From Dehalococcoidia bacterium (GTDB lineage Bacteria > Chloroflexota > Dehalococcoidia > Plut-88900): a stretch of DNA of 64,000 nucleotides. Shown here in pieces: positions 1 through 9,087 of this stretch; positions within the stretch are counted from its first letter, which is position 1, and every line of letters begins with the position of its first letter. The position numbers and the translations under genes were made by a program. The notes under the pieces were generated by a model that was given only the letters and a program-made list of their open reading frames with translations, did no database searches and was not told the DNA's origin. Where the stretch lies: contig OZ240215.1 of the NCBI GenBank assembly GCA_965197585.1, forward strand, positions 448,001-512,000, written 5' to 3'.

Positions 1-147
1 GATGTCGCTGGCCCTCCACCTGACGGCTGCGGGGCCGATTCTTACGGGTCTGGGGAATTCACCGTTCTGCATCATCTTGTAGATCGACGAGCGGCTCATG
101 CCCGTGATCTCCTCGACCTGTCGACGTCTCAATAGTCTGTCTTGCAT
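1..147 (-). CDS. AlpA-family excisionase/transcriptional regulator (3' end runs off window)
   Basis: Manual translation MQDRLLRRRQVEEITGMSRSSIYKMMQNGEFPRPVRIGPAAVRWRASDI; not in the ORF track; alternative start at 153. Confidence 0.9.
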   Translation of the reverse strand, partial: MQDRLLRRRQVEEITGMSRSSIYKMMQNGEFPRPVRIGPAAVRWRASDI

Positions 148-342
148 TGTCATCACCTATTCATGTAGTTCAATTGGTGGTAGCGAAGTGTCGGTTTTCC
201 AGAAGGTCGTCGTGCAGCCTGGTCTTGTCGTTCGGTGTCCATCCAAAGGCCGAGTGCTCCTTGGCCCCGGGTAGCAAGCAGTCCTCTGGTACGGGGTGGT
301 GAATCGGTAGAAACATCCGGGCTCCTTTGATTGATTTCACGG

Positions 343-1302
343 CTAGATAACCTGGTGAGCATGGGAGATGTGCTCGAAGGAGACACGGCTGAGCTGCGGA
401 GCCAGAACCTTGCGGTCCCTGTAAGGCACGGCTACGAGGGCGATCTTGGCCAAGCGGCCATGCCATTTCACCAGCCTGGCGGCCACGGTGATGTCGTCAG
501 CGTTCCATAGGTCGTAGCCGGTTACCCGCTCCACGTATACGGGTTCGCCCGTGAGAATGACCCGTTCTGCCACCGAGTACTGGGCAGGGGGATAGCCACG
601 ACGGGGCAGCATTCCTCGGAGGATCGACAGGGGTCTCTTAACGGTTCTCAACCTGAACCCGGGCGTCCTCGCCACCACGGTGGCCGTGAACTCCTCCGGC
701 GAAGGGCGTTCAGCCCATTTATGCGGGTCACGGTGGCCTTGGCGCTCGTACAGAACCGCCAGCAGGGGCTGATGACGCATCACCTCGGCCAGCCTGATGG
801 TCAGGGAGGAGTAGGCCCGTCCATAGGTGCGCTGCAGGGCCATTACGTCCAGGCCCGTGGTCTCGGCAAATAGTGCAAAGAACCCGGGCTGCATCAAAGT
901 CGCGGCGGCGAACCGGTCAGCCTGACGGCACAGAGGCTGACCCTGGGGACGATGAACTTCGGGATGGAGGTCGTTTAGACGCTCCCGGATGATCTCGTAA
1001 GTCTCGTGGAACACGGTGTGTTCCTGCGTCCCTTCCGTCTCGGAGGCGTCGTACCGGATGACGTAGGTCCCATTGTTGGTGCCCAGGTGCATGCCCCTGA
1101 GTCCTTTCTCGAGGTCAGCATCCGGCACAGTCTCGATACCAGCTTCCTTCAGCACCCGGACCATTTCTCCCATGCGGGGAAAGGGTGAGAACCCGAAGTG
1201 GCCCACGAACCTCCGGGCCACCTCTCCCGGCAACAGTTTCTCCGGGGGAGTCAGGCCAGCTTTGAGGGTATTGCAGAAGTCGTCAAGCATGATGCTGTTC
1301 AT
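343..1302 (-). CDS. ImmA/IrrE-family metallopeptidase-like protein
   Basis: EHTVFHETYE at the HExxH position, followed by ADRFAAATLMQP; overlaps the XRE gene by 4 nt. Confidence 0.8.
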   Translation of the reverse strand: MNSIMLDDFCNTLKAGLTPPEKLLPGEVARRFVGHFGFSPFPRMGEMVRVLKEAGIETVPDADLEKGLRGMHLGTNNGTYVIRYDASETEGTQEHTVFHETYEIIRERLNDLHPEVHRPQGQPLCRQADRFAAATLMQPGFFALFAETTGLDVMALQRTYGRAYSSLTIRLAEVMRHQPLLAVLYERQGHRDPHKWAERPSPEEFTATVVARTPGFRLRTVKRPLSILRGMLPRRGYPPAQYSVAERVILTGEPVYVERVTGYDLWNADDITVAARLVKWHGRLAKIALVAVPYRDRKVLAPQLSRVSFEHISHAHQVI

Positions 1303-1742
1303 TGTAGAAGCCTCTTTCCCGTGTATCGTTCGTACAACTCGACTATGAAACGCTTGGAATCAACGGAGAGGGGCCCCCTGGGACGGGTGCCCACCCGGAA
1401 GACGGGATCGGATAGGACGTACTGGTAAGCCCTCTCCACCTCCGTGGCCTCGTCGGCTTCGGGCTCCCTCTCCTCCCTATCCAGGTAACCGGCCTTCTTC
1501 AGCATTCCCTGCAGGCCCACTCCATATAGGGCCGCAAGTCTCCTGAGAAGCTTGGGTCCGGGATGACGGAGACCCTTCTCTATCTGGGAGAGGTACGCGT
1601 TGGAAATGCCGGTAAGGCGCTGGACGCCCCGCAGGCTTGTATCCCCTCGCAGCCTCTTCAGCATCTGACCGATATCCTCATCTCGGCGGTCGATATCCTC
1701 GTTCATGGAAGCCCTCCGTTTGACCTGTAAGGATTCACTCAC
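1299..1742 (-). CDS. XRE-family HTH repressor (ImmR-like)
   Basis: LKRLRGDTSLRGVQRLTGISNAYLSQIEKGLRHP. Confidence 0.9.
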   Translation of the reverse strand: MSESLQVKRRASMNEDIDRRDEDIGQMLKRLRGDTSLRGVQRLTGISNAYLSQIEKGLRHPGPKLLRRLAALYGVGLQGMLKKAGYLDREEREPEADEATEVERAYQYVLSDPVFRVGTRPRGPLSVDSKRFIVELYERYTGKRLLQ

Positions 1743-1945
1743 GGATCACATTGTAAGGCATTACCGGCACTGTTTGTTACATTATTGCAAGCGTTATCTA
1801 AGAAGTGCTTGCTATGTTGTGATGAAGTGATTGCAAAGGTTAGAGCGTTGTTGTTAGACTGCCATAGCATAGCTTAATCGTTCTAATAACGTAATCATAC
1901 ACCTGTATATGACGGGTTGCCAGCTTCTTGTAAACGAGGATTGCC

Positions 1946-2146
1946 ATGGAAATGGAAATCGCAATGAGCAAGGTCCGACTCACGAGGGAGCAGGAGGAGA
2001 TGCGGCTGCAAGGATTGCGAATCCTGGCCCGCATCATAGCCCGCCAATACCTGTCCAACCCTGATCTGTATCCCGGGGGTTCCACAGGTAGCGGCAGCGC
2101 AGTTCCCGTGGAGGAGGACAATGAATTGAAGGGGGATGTGACATGA
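1946..2146 (+). CDS. Small hypothetical protein
   Basis: Divergent from the repressor; overlaps the next start (ATGA). Confidence 0.55.
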   Translation: MEMEIAMSKVRLTREQEEMRLQGLRILARIIARQYLSNPDLYPGGSTGSGSAVPVEEDNELKGDVT

Positions 2147-2382
2147 AAGGACGACGCCCTGCATCGAGGGTGAGGCTCAAGCAACGGGGCGTATGGGACC
2201 GTCTAGATCAGCTGAACATGAGCCAGAACGAACTGGCACGGACGGCCGGCATCACCTCAGGTTATCTCTCTCAACTGATGAGCGGATCCCGCTGCCCGTC
2301 AGCAGAGATGCGACAGCGTCTGCAGGAAGTCCTAGGAATCGACAGTTTCGACGACCTGTTCATCCTGGAGCTAGTCCAGTGA
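2143..2382 (+). CDS. XRE-family HTH protein
   Basis: MSQNELARTAGITSGYLSQLMSGSRCPS. Confidence 0.85.
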   Translation: MKGRRPASRVRLKQRGVWDRLDQLNMSQNELARTAGITSGYLSQLMSGSRCPSAEMRQRLQEVLGIDSFDDLFILELVQ

Positions 2383-2750
2383 GTCGCAGCTCCCTACTTC
2401 CCCCTGAAACCCTGTACTGCTTGTCTTTCCTGCCGGATGACTTTGTCGACCGTCTTGAATACTTCAAAAGTATCAGCGGCCTCACCTGGGACGGTATGGC
2501 CTACTGCATGGGCGTAGATCCCCGGCAGGTCCGGCGCTGGCGTCATGGCACCAAGCCTTGTGGAGACACGCTGTTCGCCCTGCTCACTCTGGCCGCCCGG
2601 TTCCCGGGTGGTGTCCACATCCTGCTAGGGGTCGACATCCTTCTTCCAGAGCCAGGAGTTCTTGATGTCCTAGGTGAGGGAGTCGATTTCAGAGAGGCAC
2701 TAAAGCCCCGCATTTTAGCCGGCTCCGGTGGGGAAGGCCGGAAGGATTAG
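2379..2750 (+). CDS. XRE-like HTH protein (PxDF-xRL-xxFK-xxSG family)
   Basis: GTGA overlap with the previous stop; PDDFVDRLEYFKSISGLTWDGMAYCMGVDPRQVRRW. Confidence 0.75.
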   Translation: MSRSSLLPPETLYCLSFLPDDFVDRLEYFKSISGLTWDGMAYCMGVDPRQVRRWRHGTKPCGDTLFALLTLAARFPGGVHILLGVDILLPEPGVLDVLGEGVDFREALKPRILAGSGGEGRKD

Positions 2751-3051
2751 CATCTTGGGTGTGCAAAGAAGGGTCCACAGGCCCATTAAGGTTGTCTTCC
2801 CTGAGGACTTCACTGAACGACTTGTGCGTTTCAAGGAGGCTAGTGGGATGTCCTGGCGGTCTATTGCTCGTCTTCTTGGCGTCAGTCCTTACCGGCTAAG
2901 GGAGTGGAGATTCAAGGGAGTCATACCCGGTTCCGCTCATCTCTTCTGTCTCTTGACCTTGGCTGAGAGCATGGGGCTCCGGGATAGGGTGCTGATGTGT
3001 CCCGACCGGGATCTACCCAACGGCGGGGATATCGAGGTATTCCCCCGATGA
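2728..3051 (+). CDS. XRE-like HTH protein (same family)
   Basis: FPEDFTERLVRFKEASGMSWRSIARLLGVSPYRLREW. Confidence 0.75.
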   Translation: MGKAGRISILGVQRRVHRPIKVVFPEDFTERLVRFKEASGMSWRSIARLLGVSPYRLREWRFKGVIPGSAHLFCLLTLAESMGLRDRVLMCPDRDLPNGGDIEVFPR

Positions 3052-3165
3052 AGTGCTTAGGCTTCACCAGTCTCAGGTCTGAGAAGCTTAGACACCTAAT
3101 TAGAGTGCTCACCTTGGAAGTGTAAGTGCTGGAGTTAGGGACGTTGGGCAGTGCCGAGAAGAAGA

Positions 3166-3909
3166 TCACAATGGAAGGGACTGCCCGGCCTCTCGTAGGT
3201 CCCTTCGTCGTTGTTGAGCGTCTGGCAGAGCCCTGCTCACGAGGCTCCAGAAATTCGCCGAATGATTCTTAACCCTCATATGAGCGAGTTCGTGGACGAC
3301 GACGTACTCAAGCAGCTTGGTAGGAAGCATCACCGTCCGCCAATTAAAGCGCAGTGTGCCATCCGGGGCACAGCTCCCCCAGCGAAGCCGCTGATCCCGT
3401 ATTAACACACGGGACATCTCACCCGAGCCAAGGAGAGGCCACCAGCTTTCTACGGCCGTGACTAGGCGATCAGCTGCACGGCGCCGATACCAGTTCACGA
3501 ACGCCCGACGTATACGGTCACAGCGACTCTCATCGTCAAGGCCTGGGGGAATAGAGACCCGGAACCTCCAGTGATCGAATCGCACTTCGGCCGTGCGTCG
3601 GTTCTCAGTCTTAATCACCATGCGGATGTTACGACCTAGGTAAGGCAGAGTTTCGCCACTGACAAAGCGCTTGGGGGGAACAGCCAGCAAACCAACAGAG
3701 GAGTGGTCGAGGATCCAGGGTGCGCGCTTGCGGACAATTTCCCTTAGCTTGGAGTCCTCCGCCGTGGAGGGCGCTGCAACCTGCACGCCTCCCCCGTCCA
3801 CTGTAACCTGGACCGTCTTTCTGCGCCTAGTGCTCCGCCGAATATTGTACTCGATGGTGGTGTCGCCGAAGCGAATCTTGTCCCGAGAATTCATCGGGCA
3901 CTTCTCCAA
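3166..3909 (-). CDS. M48/YgjP-like (DUF45) metallopeptidase associated with type I R-M
   Basis: RWGSC, LRFNW and YVVVHELAH motifs; directly downstream of hsdR. Confidence 0.9.
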   Translation of the reverse strand: MEKCPMNSRDKIRFGDTTIEYNIRRSTRRRKTVQVTVDGGGVQVAAPSTAEDSKLREIVRKRAPWILDHSSVGLLAVPPKRFVSGETLPYLGRNIRMVIKTENRRTAEVRFDHWRFRVSIPPGLDDESRCDRIRRAFVNWYRRRAADRLVTAVESWWPLLGSGEMSRVLIRDQRLRWGSCAPDGTLRFNWRTVMLPTKLLEYVVVHELAHMRVKNHSANFWSLVSRALPDAQQRRRDLREAGQSLPL

Positions 3910-6900
3910 GCCACCAATTCCACGATGCGGACGGCTAGGTTGTCTATCTGCGGCTCCGTGAAATCGCCGACAGGACGCAACTGGTGCTTGATATCCCGTC
4001 GCATCATTCGTTGTACTTCATCGTTCGCCTGCCAATCGACAATCTCCAAGTGTTTGTTTAGTTGCGTTTCAACGTTCAGAGCAACGGACTTGAGGCCCTC
4101 ATCGAAGTGGGTACGGTAGGATCCCTGTTCCTCCTGCAGTACACCAGCGGTTGCGGACTCCCCACTCTCGATACTTTCAAGCATCTCGTAGATGGCGAAG
4201 GACACGGGAGAGAGGCCGTGTTTAGCGGCGAAATCAGCCTCGCTGCGCACCTGCCGCCTCAAGGCAAGTTGCCTGCGGCAGGCCTCTGCGGCATCTATCA
4301 CTTGATTTCGGAGGTCCTGGATTATGCGGTCAAGTTGGGTCGACAGCTTCTCGTAGTAGACGGGGTTGCCTGCTATGCGCTCGTGTATCTGGGCCCGGAT
4401 GGCGTGTTCCATAATCGAGGCCCGCGCTTCATCATTCGGCAGGTCCGCAATCTTCTCCTCGAAGTCTTGGTCAAGAACGGACACTGGACTCATGAGCTTA
4501 CGAACTTCGGCGCCGATGCGGTCGTCAATGAGTTTCTTTACCTTTGCCCCTACAGCAGTCCAGTCCAAGTTGGCATCTTCCCGGAGGAACTGGGCCCGGG
4601 CGTAGGCCCGTATCTCGGTCAGGCGAGCGAGGCGATCAATGTAGTCAAGGGCGGCGGGATCGGGGAGATAGCGGTCCATGAGGTGGGAGAAGGAGCGATA
4701 GTCATAGTCAAAGCGCTGGAACAGGTCTGCCTTGTAGGAGCCTTCAGTGGATGCATCGGGGGCGAAGAGGGAGACACATGCCCAGGTATTGTTGAGGTCC
4801 CGACCCTTAAAATGGGATTCGGCCTGGACGGCTGCGGCTTCGATGACGGGACCCGGATCTTCTTCCATCTCCTTCATTGATTCCTGAACGTCAGGCCAGT
4901 CGAAGGTTGCTAAGACCTCCTCCAGGTTTCGGGACACACCATGGTAGTCCACGACAAGCCCGTGGCCCTTCTCAGTGGGCACTCCATTACGTTCGTGGGA
5001 GAAGCGTCGGTTGACTCGAGCTATGGCTTGCAGCAGGCCATGTTCCTTCAGGGAGCGGTCAAGGTAGAGGGCCTGCTCTACGGGTGCATCGAAACCGGTT
5101 AGCAGCATGTCGACCACTACTAGCACCTCAGGCTCTCCCGTGGGATCGACGAAAGCGTTGGTTATCTGCTCCTGGTCTTGTCCTCTTGCCGCGTCGAACT
5201 CGGGGCCGTCATTACGGTCTGTCGTGATGATCGGATAGGCCTTTAGCCCGAAGTTCTTAAGGTGTTCGTAGTATCGCATCGCCGAGGCCCGACTTGGCGC
5301 TACAACCTGGGCCTTGAACCCGTTGGGCCGGACGTGCTGCTTGAAGTGTTCGGCGATGTCAAGGGCGATCATCTCGATCCGCCGTTCCGCCTCGGCAACG
5401 GTCTCTTTGTTAGCGTAGCGGCGGCGGATCTGGGCCCGGTCTTCCTCTGATTCTTCGGAGAAGAGGGCGTCGAATATGCGGTCCAGGGCCTCGGGGCCCT
5501 CGATGGAGAGTTCCGGCAGGCGGGCCTCATAGAAGATGGGAACTGTAGCTCCGTCTTCAACCGACTGGGGGATCGTGTAAGAGTCGATGAGCGACCCGAA
5601 ACGCTGCATGGTGCTACGACGAAATCCCCTGTCTATTGGCGTGCCCGTGAATCCGATCAGCGTGGCCTTGGGCAAGGCCCGAGACATGCGTGCTCCCAGG
5701 ATGCCGTACTGGGTGCGGTGGGCCTCGTCAACCATGACTATGACGTTTTCCGAAGGATTCAGGACATCCAATTCGCCTTGGGGGGTGGTTAGGGCGTCTT
5801 CGAACTTCTGGACTGTAGTCATTATGGTGCGGCCTGCGCCGACGGTTAGCAGCCGGCGCAGGTCCCGCGTGCTTTCCGCTTGCTCAGGGGCAGGAAAACC
5901 GCAGCGTTGGAAGGTTTCGGAGATCTGGCGGTCGAGTTGGCGTCGGTCGGTGACTACAAGGATGGTAGAGTTGGCGAGTCTCGGCTCCCGACGCACCTTG
6001 GTCGCAAGCCATAGCATGGTCAAGGACTTGCCCGAACCCTGGGTGTGCCACACCACCCCACCCCGCTCCTCGGGCTTGCGCCCCGACAGGATGCGGGCCA
6101 TGGCGGCTTCCACAGCCCGGTATTGCTGGTAGCGGGGTAGCTTCTTCACTACCCGACCCCTACTGGGCTCGTAGACCACATAGTTGCGCAGAACGTCTAG
6201 CAGCACTGGAGGGGAGAGGAGGCCGATTATAAGCTGTGCCTGGCCATGGGGCTCGATGCCGAAATGCGTCCTCACCTCTTCATCCGAGTATGGCAGTACC
6301 GATTTCCACTCACAGTAGGCGTTTTCGGGTGCGTGAAGGCCGGCGTAGGCGGCAGCAGCACCGCAGTGGGCGACACAGAGGAGGTTGTAGTGGAAAAGCT
6401 CAGGGGCGCCTTTGCCGTGCCATTGTGGGTCGGCCTCCTGGTAGCGGCGCAGCTGCCGGACGGCCTGGGTCCTCCAGACTTCCATCAGGGAAGGGGACTT
6501 GGCCTCCATGACCACCAGGGGGATGCCGTTGACGAAGAGGACCAGGTCCGGAATGACCATGCGCTCGTCGTCCTCCGGGCCGCGGTCAGAACTGCGGCGG
6601 ACCCGGAACTGGGTCGTGACTACGAACTCGTTGAGGCCCGACTCCGGGTTGTCGAAGTCGAAGAAGCGGACGGTGCGGGTGCGGCCCCCTTGGCCCGAGT
6701 CCACCGTGAAGGGCATGCCGTAGGTTAGGTATTCGTGGACACGGCTGTTGCGGGCCATGCCCGTGGCATCGACGTGTTCAAGGTCAAATATGGGCCGATT
6801 GGCCTGCTCTTCAGTCATCCATTCGTTGAGGCGGAGCAGGGCCCCCTTCAGCCGACCCCTGAGAAGCGCTTCCCGCTGGTCGTCGCGCTCCTGGGCTAGA

Positions 6901-7001
6901 ACTTCCCGGGGCACGTACGTCCAGCCGATCTGTTCAAGGAGAGCTCGGGCGGGGGTTTCAGCGTGGTTTAGCTCGTTGAGCTTGGAGGGAGATGTAGTCA
7001 T
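3891..7001 (-). CDS. hsdR: Type I restriction endonuclease subunit R
   Basis: PDLVLFVNGIPLVVMEAK nuclease motif, HTQGSGKS, DEAHRTQY, FTGTP, MLLTGFDAP, QAIARVNR. Confidence 0.97.
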   Translation of the reverse strand: MTTSPSKLNELNHAETPARALLEQIGWTYVPREVLAQERDDQREALLRGRLKGALLRLNEWMTEEQANRPIFDLEHVDATGMARNSRVHEYLTYGMPFTVDSGQGGRTRTVRFFDFDNPESGLNEFVVTTQFRVRRSSDRGPEDDERMVIPDLVLFVNGIPLVVMEAKSPSLMEVWRTQAVRQLRRYQEADPQWHGKGAPELFHYNLLCVAHCGAAAAYAGLHAPENAYCEWKSVLPYSDEEVRTHFGIEPHGQAQLIIGLLSPPVLLDVLRNYVVYEPSRGRVVKKLPRYQQYRAVEAAMARILSGRKPEERGGVVWHTQGSGKSLTMLWLATKVRREPRLANSTILVVTDRRQLDRQISETFQRCGFPAPEQAESTRDLRRLLTVGAGRTIMTTVQKFEDALTTPQGELDVLNPSENVIVMVDEAHRTQYGILGARMSRALPKATLIGFTGTPIDRGFRRSTMQRFGSLIDSYTIPQSVEDGATVPIFYEARLPELSIEGPEALDRIFDALFSEESEEDRAQIRRRYANKETVAEAERRIEMIALDIAEHFKQHVRPNGFKAQVVAPSRASAMRYYEHLKNFGLKAYPIITTDRNDGPEFDAARGQDQEQITNAFVDPTGEPEVLVVVDMLLTGFDAPVEQALYLDRSLKEHGLLQAIARVNRRFSHERNGVPTEKGHGLVVDYHGVSRNLEEVLATFDWPDVQESMKEMEEDPGPVIEAAAVQAESHFKGRDLNNTWACVSLFAPDASTEGSYKADLFQRFDYDYRSFSHLMDRYLPDPAALDYIDRLARLTEIRAYARAQFLREDANLDWTAVGAKVKKLIDDRIGAEVRKLMSPVSVLDQDFEEKIADLPNDEARASIMEHAIRAQIHERIAGNPVYYEKLSTQLDRIIQDLRNQVIDAAEACRRQLALRRQVRSEADFAAKHGLSPVSFAIYEMLESIESGESATAGVLQEEQGSYRTHFDEGLKSVALNVETQLNKHLEIVDWQANDEVQRMMRRDIKHQLRPVGDFTEPQIDNLAVRIVELVAWRSAR

Positions 7002-7369
7002 GGGGACGATTGCCCCATATCATCCAAGAGTTTTCTCAATTGAGGCAACAGATTGGGAATAGCGTCTTGAACAATGGACCAGATGACGCTGTCGCTGATG
7101 TCCAAGTAGCTGTGTGCAAGCTGATTGCGGACTCCCACTATCGCACGCCACGGTATATCGGGATGTGAATCGCGCACGCTGGCGGGAACGTGTGTCGCTG
7201 CTTCGCCAATCAGTTCGATGTTGCGCAAGGTAGCGTCGTAGATGAGTGTGTTGGCAATGAATGCGTCTTGGTCCAAACCATCTGTAAAGGAGAGTACCTT
7301 TTCCCCAAACTCAATCATGTCCTGAATGTAGAAGCGCCACTCACGCCCTGGGTGTCCAGCGTCACACAT
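6998..7369 (-). CDS. HepT-like HEPN (DUF86) RNase toxin
   Basis: IGEAA...IPW...RNQLAHSY (RxxxxH). Confidence 0.92.
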   Translation of the reverse strand: MCDAGHPGREWRFYIQDMIEFGEKVLSFTDGLDQDAFIANTLIYDATLRNIELIGEAATHVPASVRDSHPDIPWRAIVGVRNQLAHSYLDISDSVIWSIVQDAIPNLLPQLRKLLDDMGQSSP

Positions 7370-7652
7370 AGATTGCCTCGCTTTCTACGTAGGGCCGAAT
7401 TTCGTGGCGTATTTCACTGTCGGTTGCGAGGTCCACCATCCGTCCCAGCAGGTCTTCCAGGTAGAATTGGGCACCGAAGTATGTGCGCCAATCCGGTGGG
7501 CTTGAAAACCGCACCAGGATGTCCACATCGCTCTTATCTGAAGCTTGGTCTCGAGCGAAAGAACCGAAAAGTGCGAGGCGCGTGACACCGAACCGCCTCT
7601 CAAGAGTCGGCTTGTGTTCCTTCAACGTATGGAGAACCTGTTCCTTGTTCAT
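7362..7652 (-). CDS. MntA-like minimal nucleotidyltransferase antitoxin
   Basis: LFGSFARDQASDKSDVDILV; paired with the HEPN gene. Confidence 0.92.
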   Translation of the reverse strand: MNKEQVLHTLKEHKPTLERRFGVTRLALFGSFARDQASDKSDVDILVRFSSPPDWRTYFGAQFYLEDLLGRMVDLATDSEIRHEIRPYVESEAIYV

Positions 7653-7721
7653 TGCCCTAACACCTAGGGAGCAGCGAATTCAGAAGCTATGGTCGTTCCA
7701 AGTGATGAGATTATAGCCTGA

Positions 7722-7807
7722 GCCACACGCGAACTGTTCTAGAGGGGCGAAGGCCAGTATTCGGCGCGGTTGGGTTTGGTGAGCTTGTTGGGCGAAGATG
7801 TGGCCAT
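7722..7807 (-). pseudogene. Degenerate duplicate of the hsdR 5' end
   Basis: ATGGCCACATCTTCGCCCAACAAGCTCACC...(MATSSPNKLTKPNRAE) aligns with the hsdR start MTTSPSKLNELNHAE. Confidence 0.65.
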
Positions 7808-7832
7808 CAAGGCGTTGGGTAGAGTAATAGCC

Positions 7833-9080
7833 CTACCCAAGGTCATCTGCAAATTCAAACCCCTTTGAAGTAACGCGGAATATCTTTCCATCTCCGTGCA
7901 CATCCTCAATCAAACCGGCTTGAAGAAGCTCTTGAAGGTACTGTTCCCATTGAGCAGCTTCTCTAGCATTATCTGTATTGCAAAGGTGCTTGTTGTTTGT
8001 TGTAACCCTCAGCATACTCCCGTGCCGTAGTCTGATTATTTCCCCATCATCGCCTGACACTGCCTCCTTTAGAATGCAACATTCATCCTCTGAGAAATCA
8101 GGAAGGGCATCAATCGGCACTTGTGTCACCGCATCGGTTGTTGATTCTGGTGGCTTTTCATCTATCAGGGAAAGCGCAGCTTCAAAGTCTCCGGCTTTGA
8201 GCCAATCAGGATTCTCCAGTTTTATCGGGCACCCTGCCAGCTCCAGACGTTGCGCTAATTCTTGACGACTTTCGGGCGTGTCTTTGAATCGGACAGCATG
8301 AAGTCCAGCAATGTCACTGAACGGCCTGATATTGCCGAGTTCTACTAGCACCGTACGCTCATGGCTAGCAGCCATTGCCATACCTGCTTCGAACAATACA
8401 TTGGGCCTTGCTTGTCCAGTGAACTGTGTTTCATACGGAGGCTCGTTTTCGGACCAAAATTGTTTCTTAAGCCTGGCTTCATCATCCGGGGTGAGAAGTA
8501 TTACGACAGTGTGAGCGTGCGCGAAAGCGGCTTTCAAGATTTCGCCAATGTACGGGGATGGTTTACCAGTCATTGCGATTGCTTCGGTCCATGCTAGAGG
8601 GTGGAGGTCAATCGCTCTAAGGAATTCAAAAAGTGCTCCGCGGGCAGCGGTGTTCCTTCCATGAACAATGAACACTTCGCGAGTCTCTGCTGATGGCCTC
8701 TCAGCCAGACTGGGCTCGAGAGTTGTCCCTACATCACCTCCTGGAGGACCTGTGATAAATTTGGTTGTTACATCGTCTCCCATATCAGCGAGTATACGAT
8801 GTGGCAGTTTCCCGTGAAGGTCTACAGCCATAAAGACATTTCGGGATCCCTGCTTTTGAAGTAGGGTTTGATTTAGGTTTGTAGTATCGTCCTCAGACTC
8901 ATTTATCTGAATGCGTTCTATGTCTTCAGAGGGTACAGTTCTTCCGTCGATCACTATCGGTAAACCCTGTTCATACCTATAGACAAAGCGCTCGCGGAGG
9001 GCTTCCAAGCTGAGGTCCACTTCAACTTCAACCTTCGATGGCTTGGACTTTGATGTAATGCGTATGTGGTAGTAGGGCAT
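7833..9080 (-). CDS. TIR-like domain protein (Cap12/Pycsar-effector type TIR) with extra N- and C-terminal domains
   Basis: VFIVHGRN...LLTPDD...QARPNVLFEAGMA...PFSDIAG. Confidence 0.85.
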   Translation of the reverse strand: MPYYHIRITSKSKPSKVEVEVDLSLEALRERFVYRYEQGLPIVIDGRTVPSEDIERIQINESEDDTTNLNQTLLQKQGSRNVFMAVDLHGKLPHRILADMGDDVTTKFITGPPGGDVGTTLEPSLAERPSAETREVFIVHGRNTAARGALFEFLRAIDLHPLAWTEAIAMTGKPSPYIGEILKAAFAHAHTVVILLTPDDEARLKKQFWSENEPPYETQFTGQARPNVLFEAGMAMAASHERTVLVELGNIRPFSDIAGLHAVRFKDTPESRQELAQRLELAGCPIKLENPDWLKAGDFEAALSLIDEKPPESTTDAVTQVPIDALPDFSEDECCILKEAVSGDDGEIIRLRHGSMLRVTTNNKHLCNTDNAREAAQWEQYLQELLQAGLIEDVHGDGKIFRVTSKGFEFADDLG

Positions 9081-9087
9081 ATAGCAG

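Noticed and set aside
7362-9080. CBASS/Pycsar/Thoeris call for TIR plus nucleotidyltransferase
   Set aside because: The 96-aa NTase is a typical MntA paired with HEPN, not a CD-NTase; no cyclase or ThsA seen
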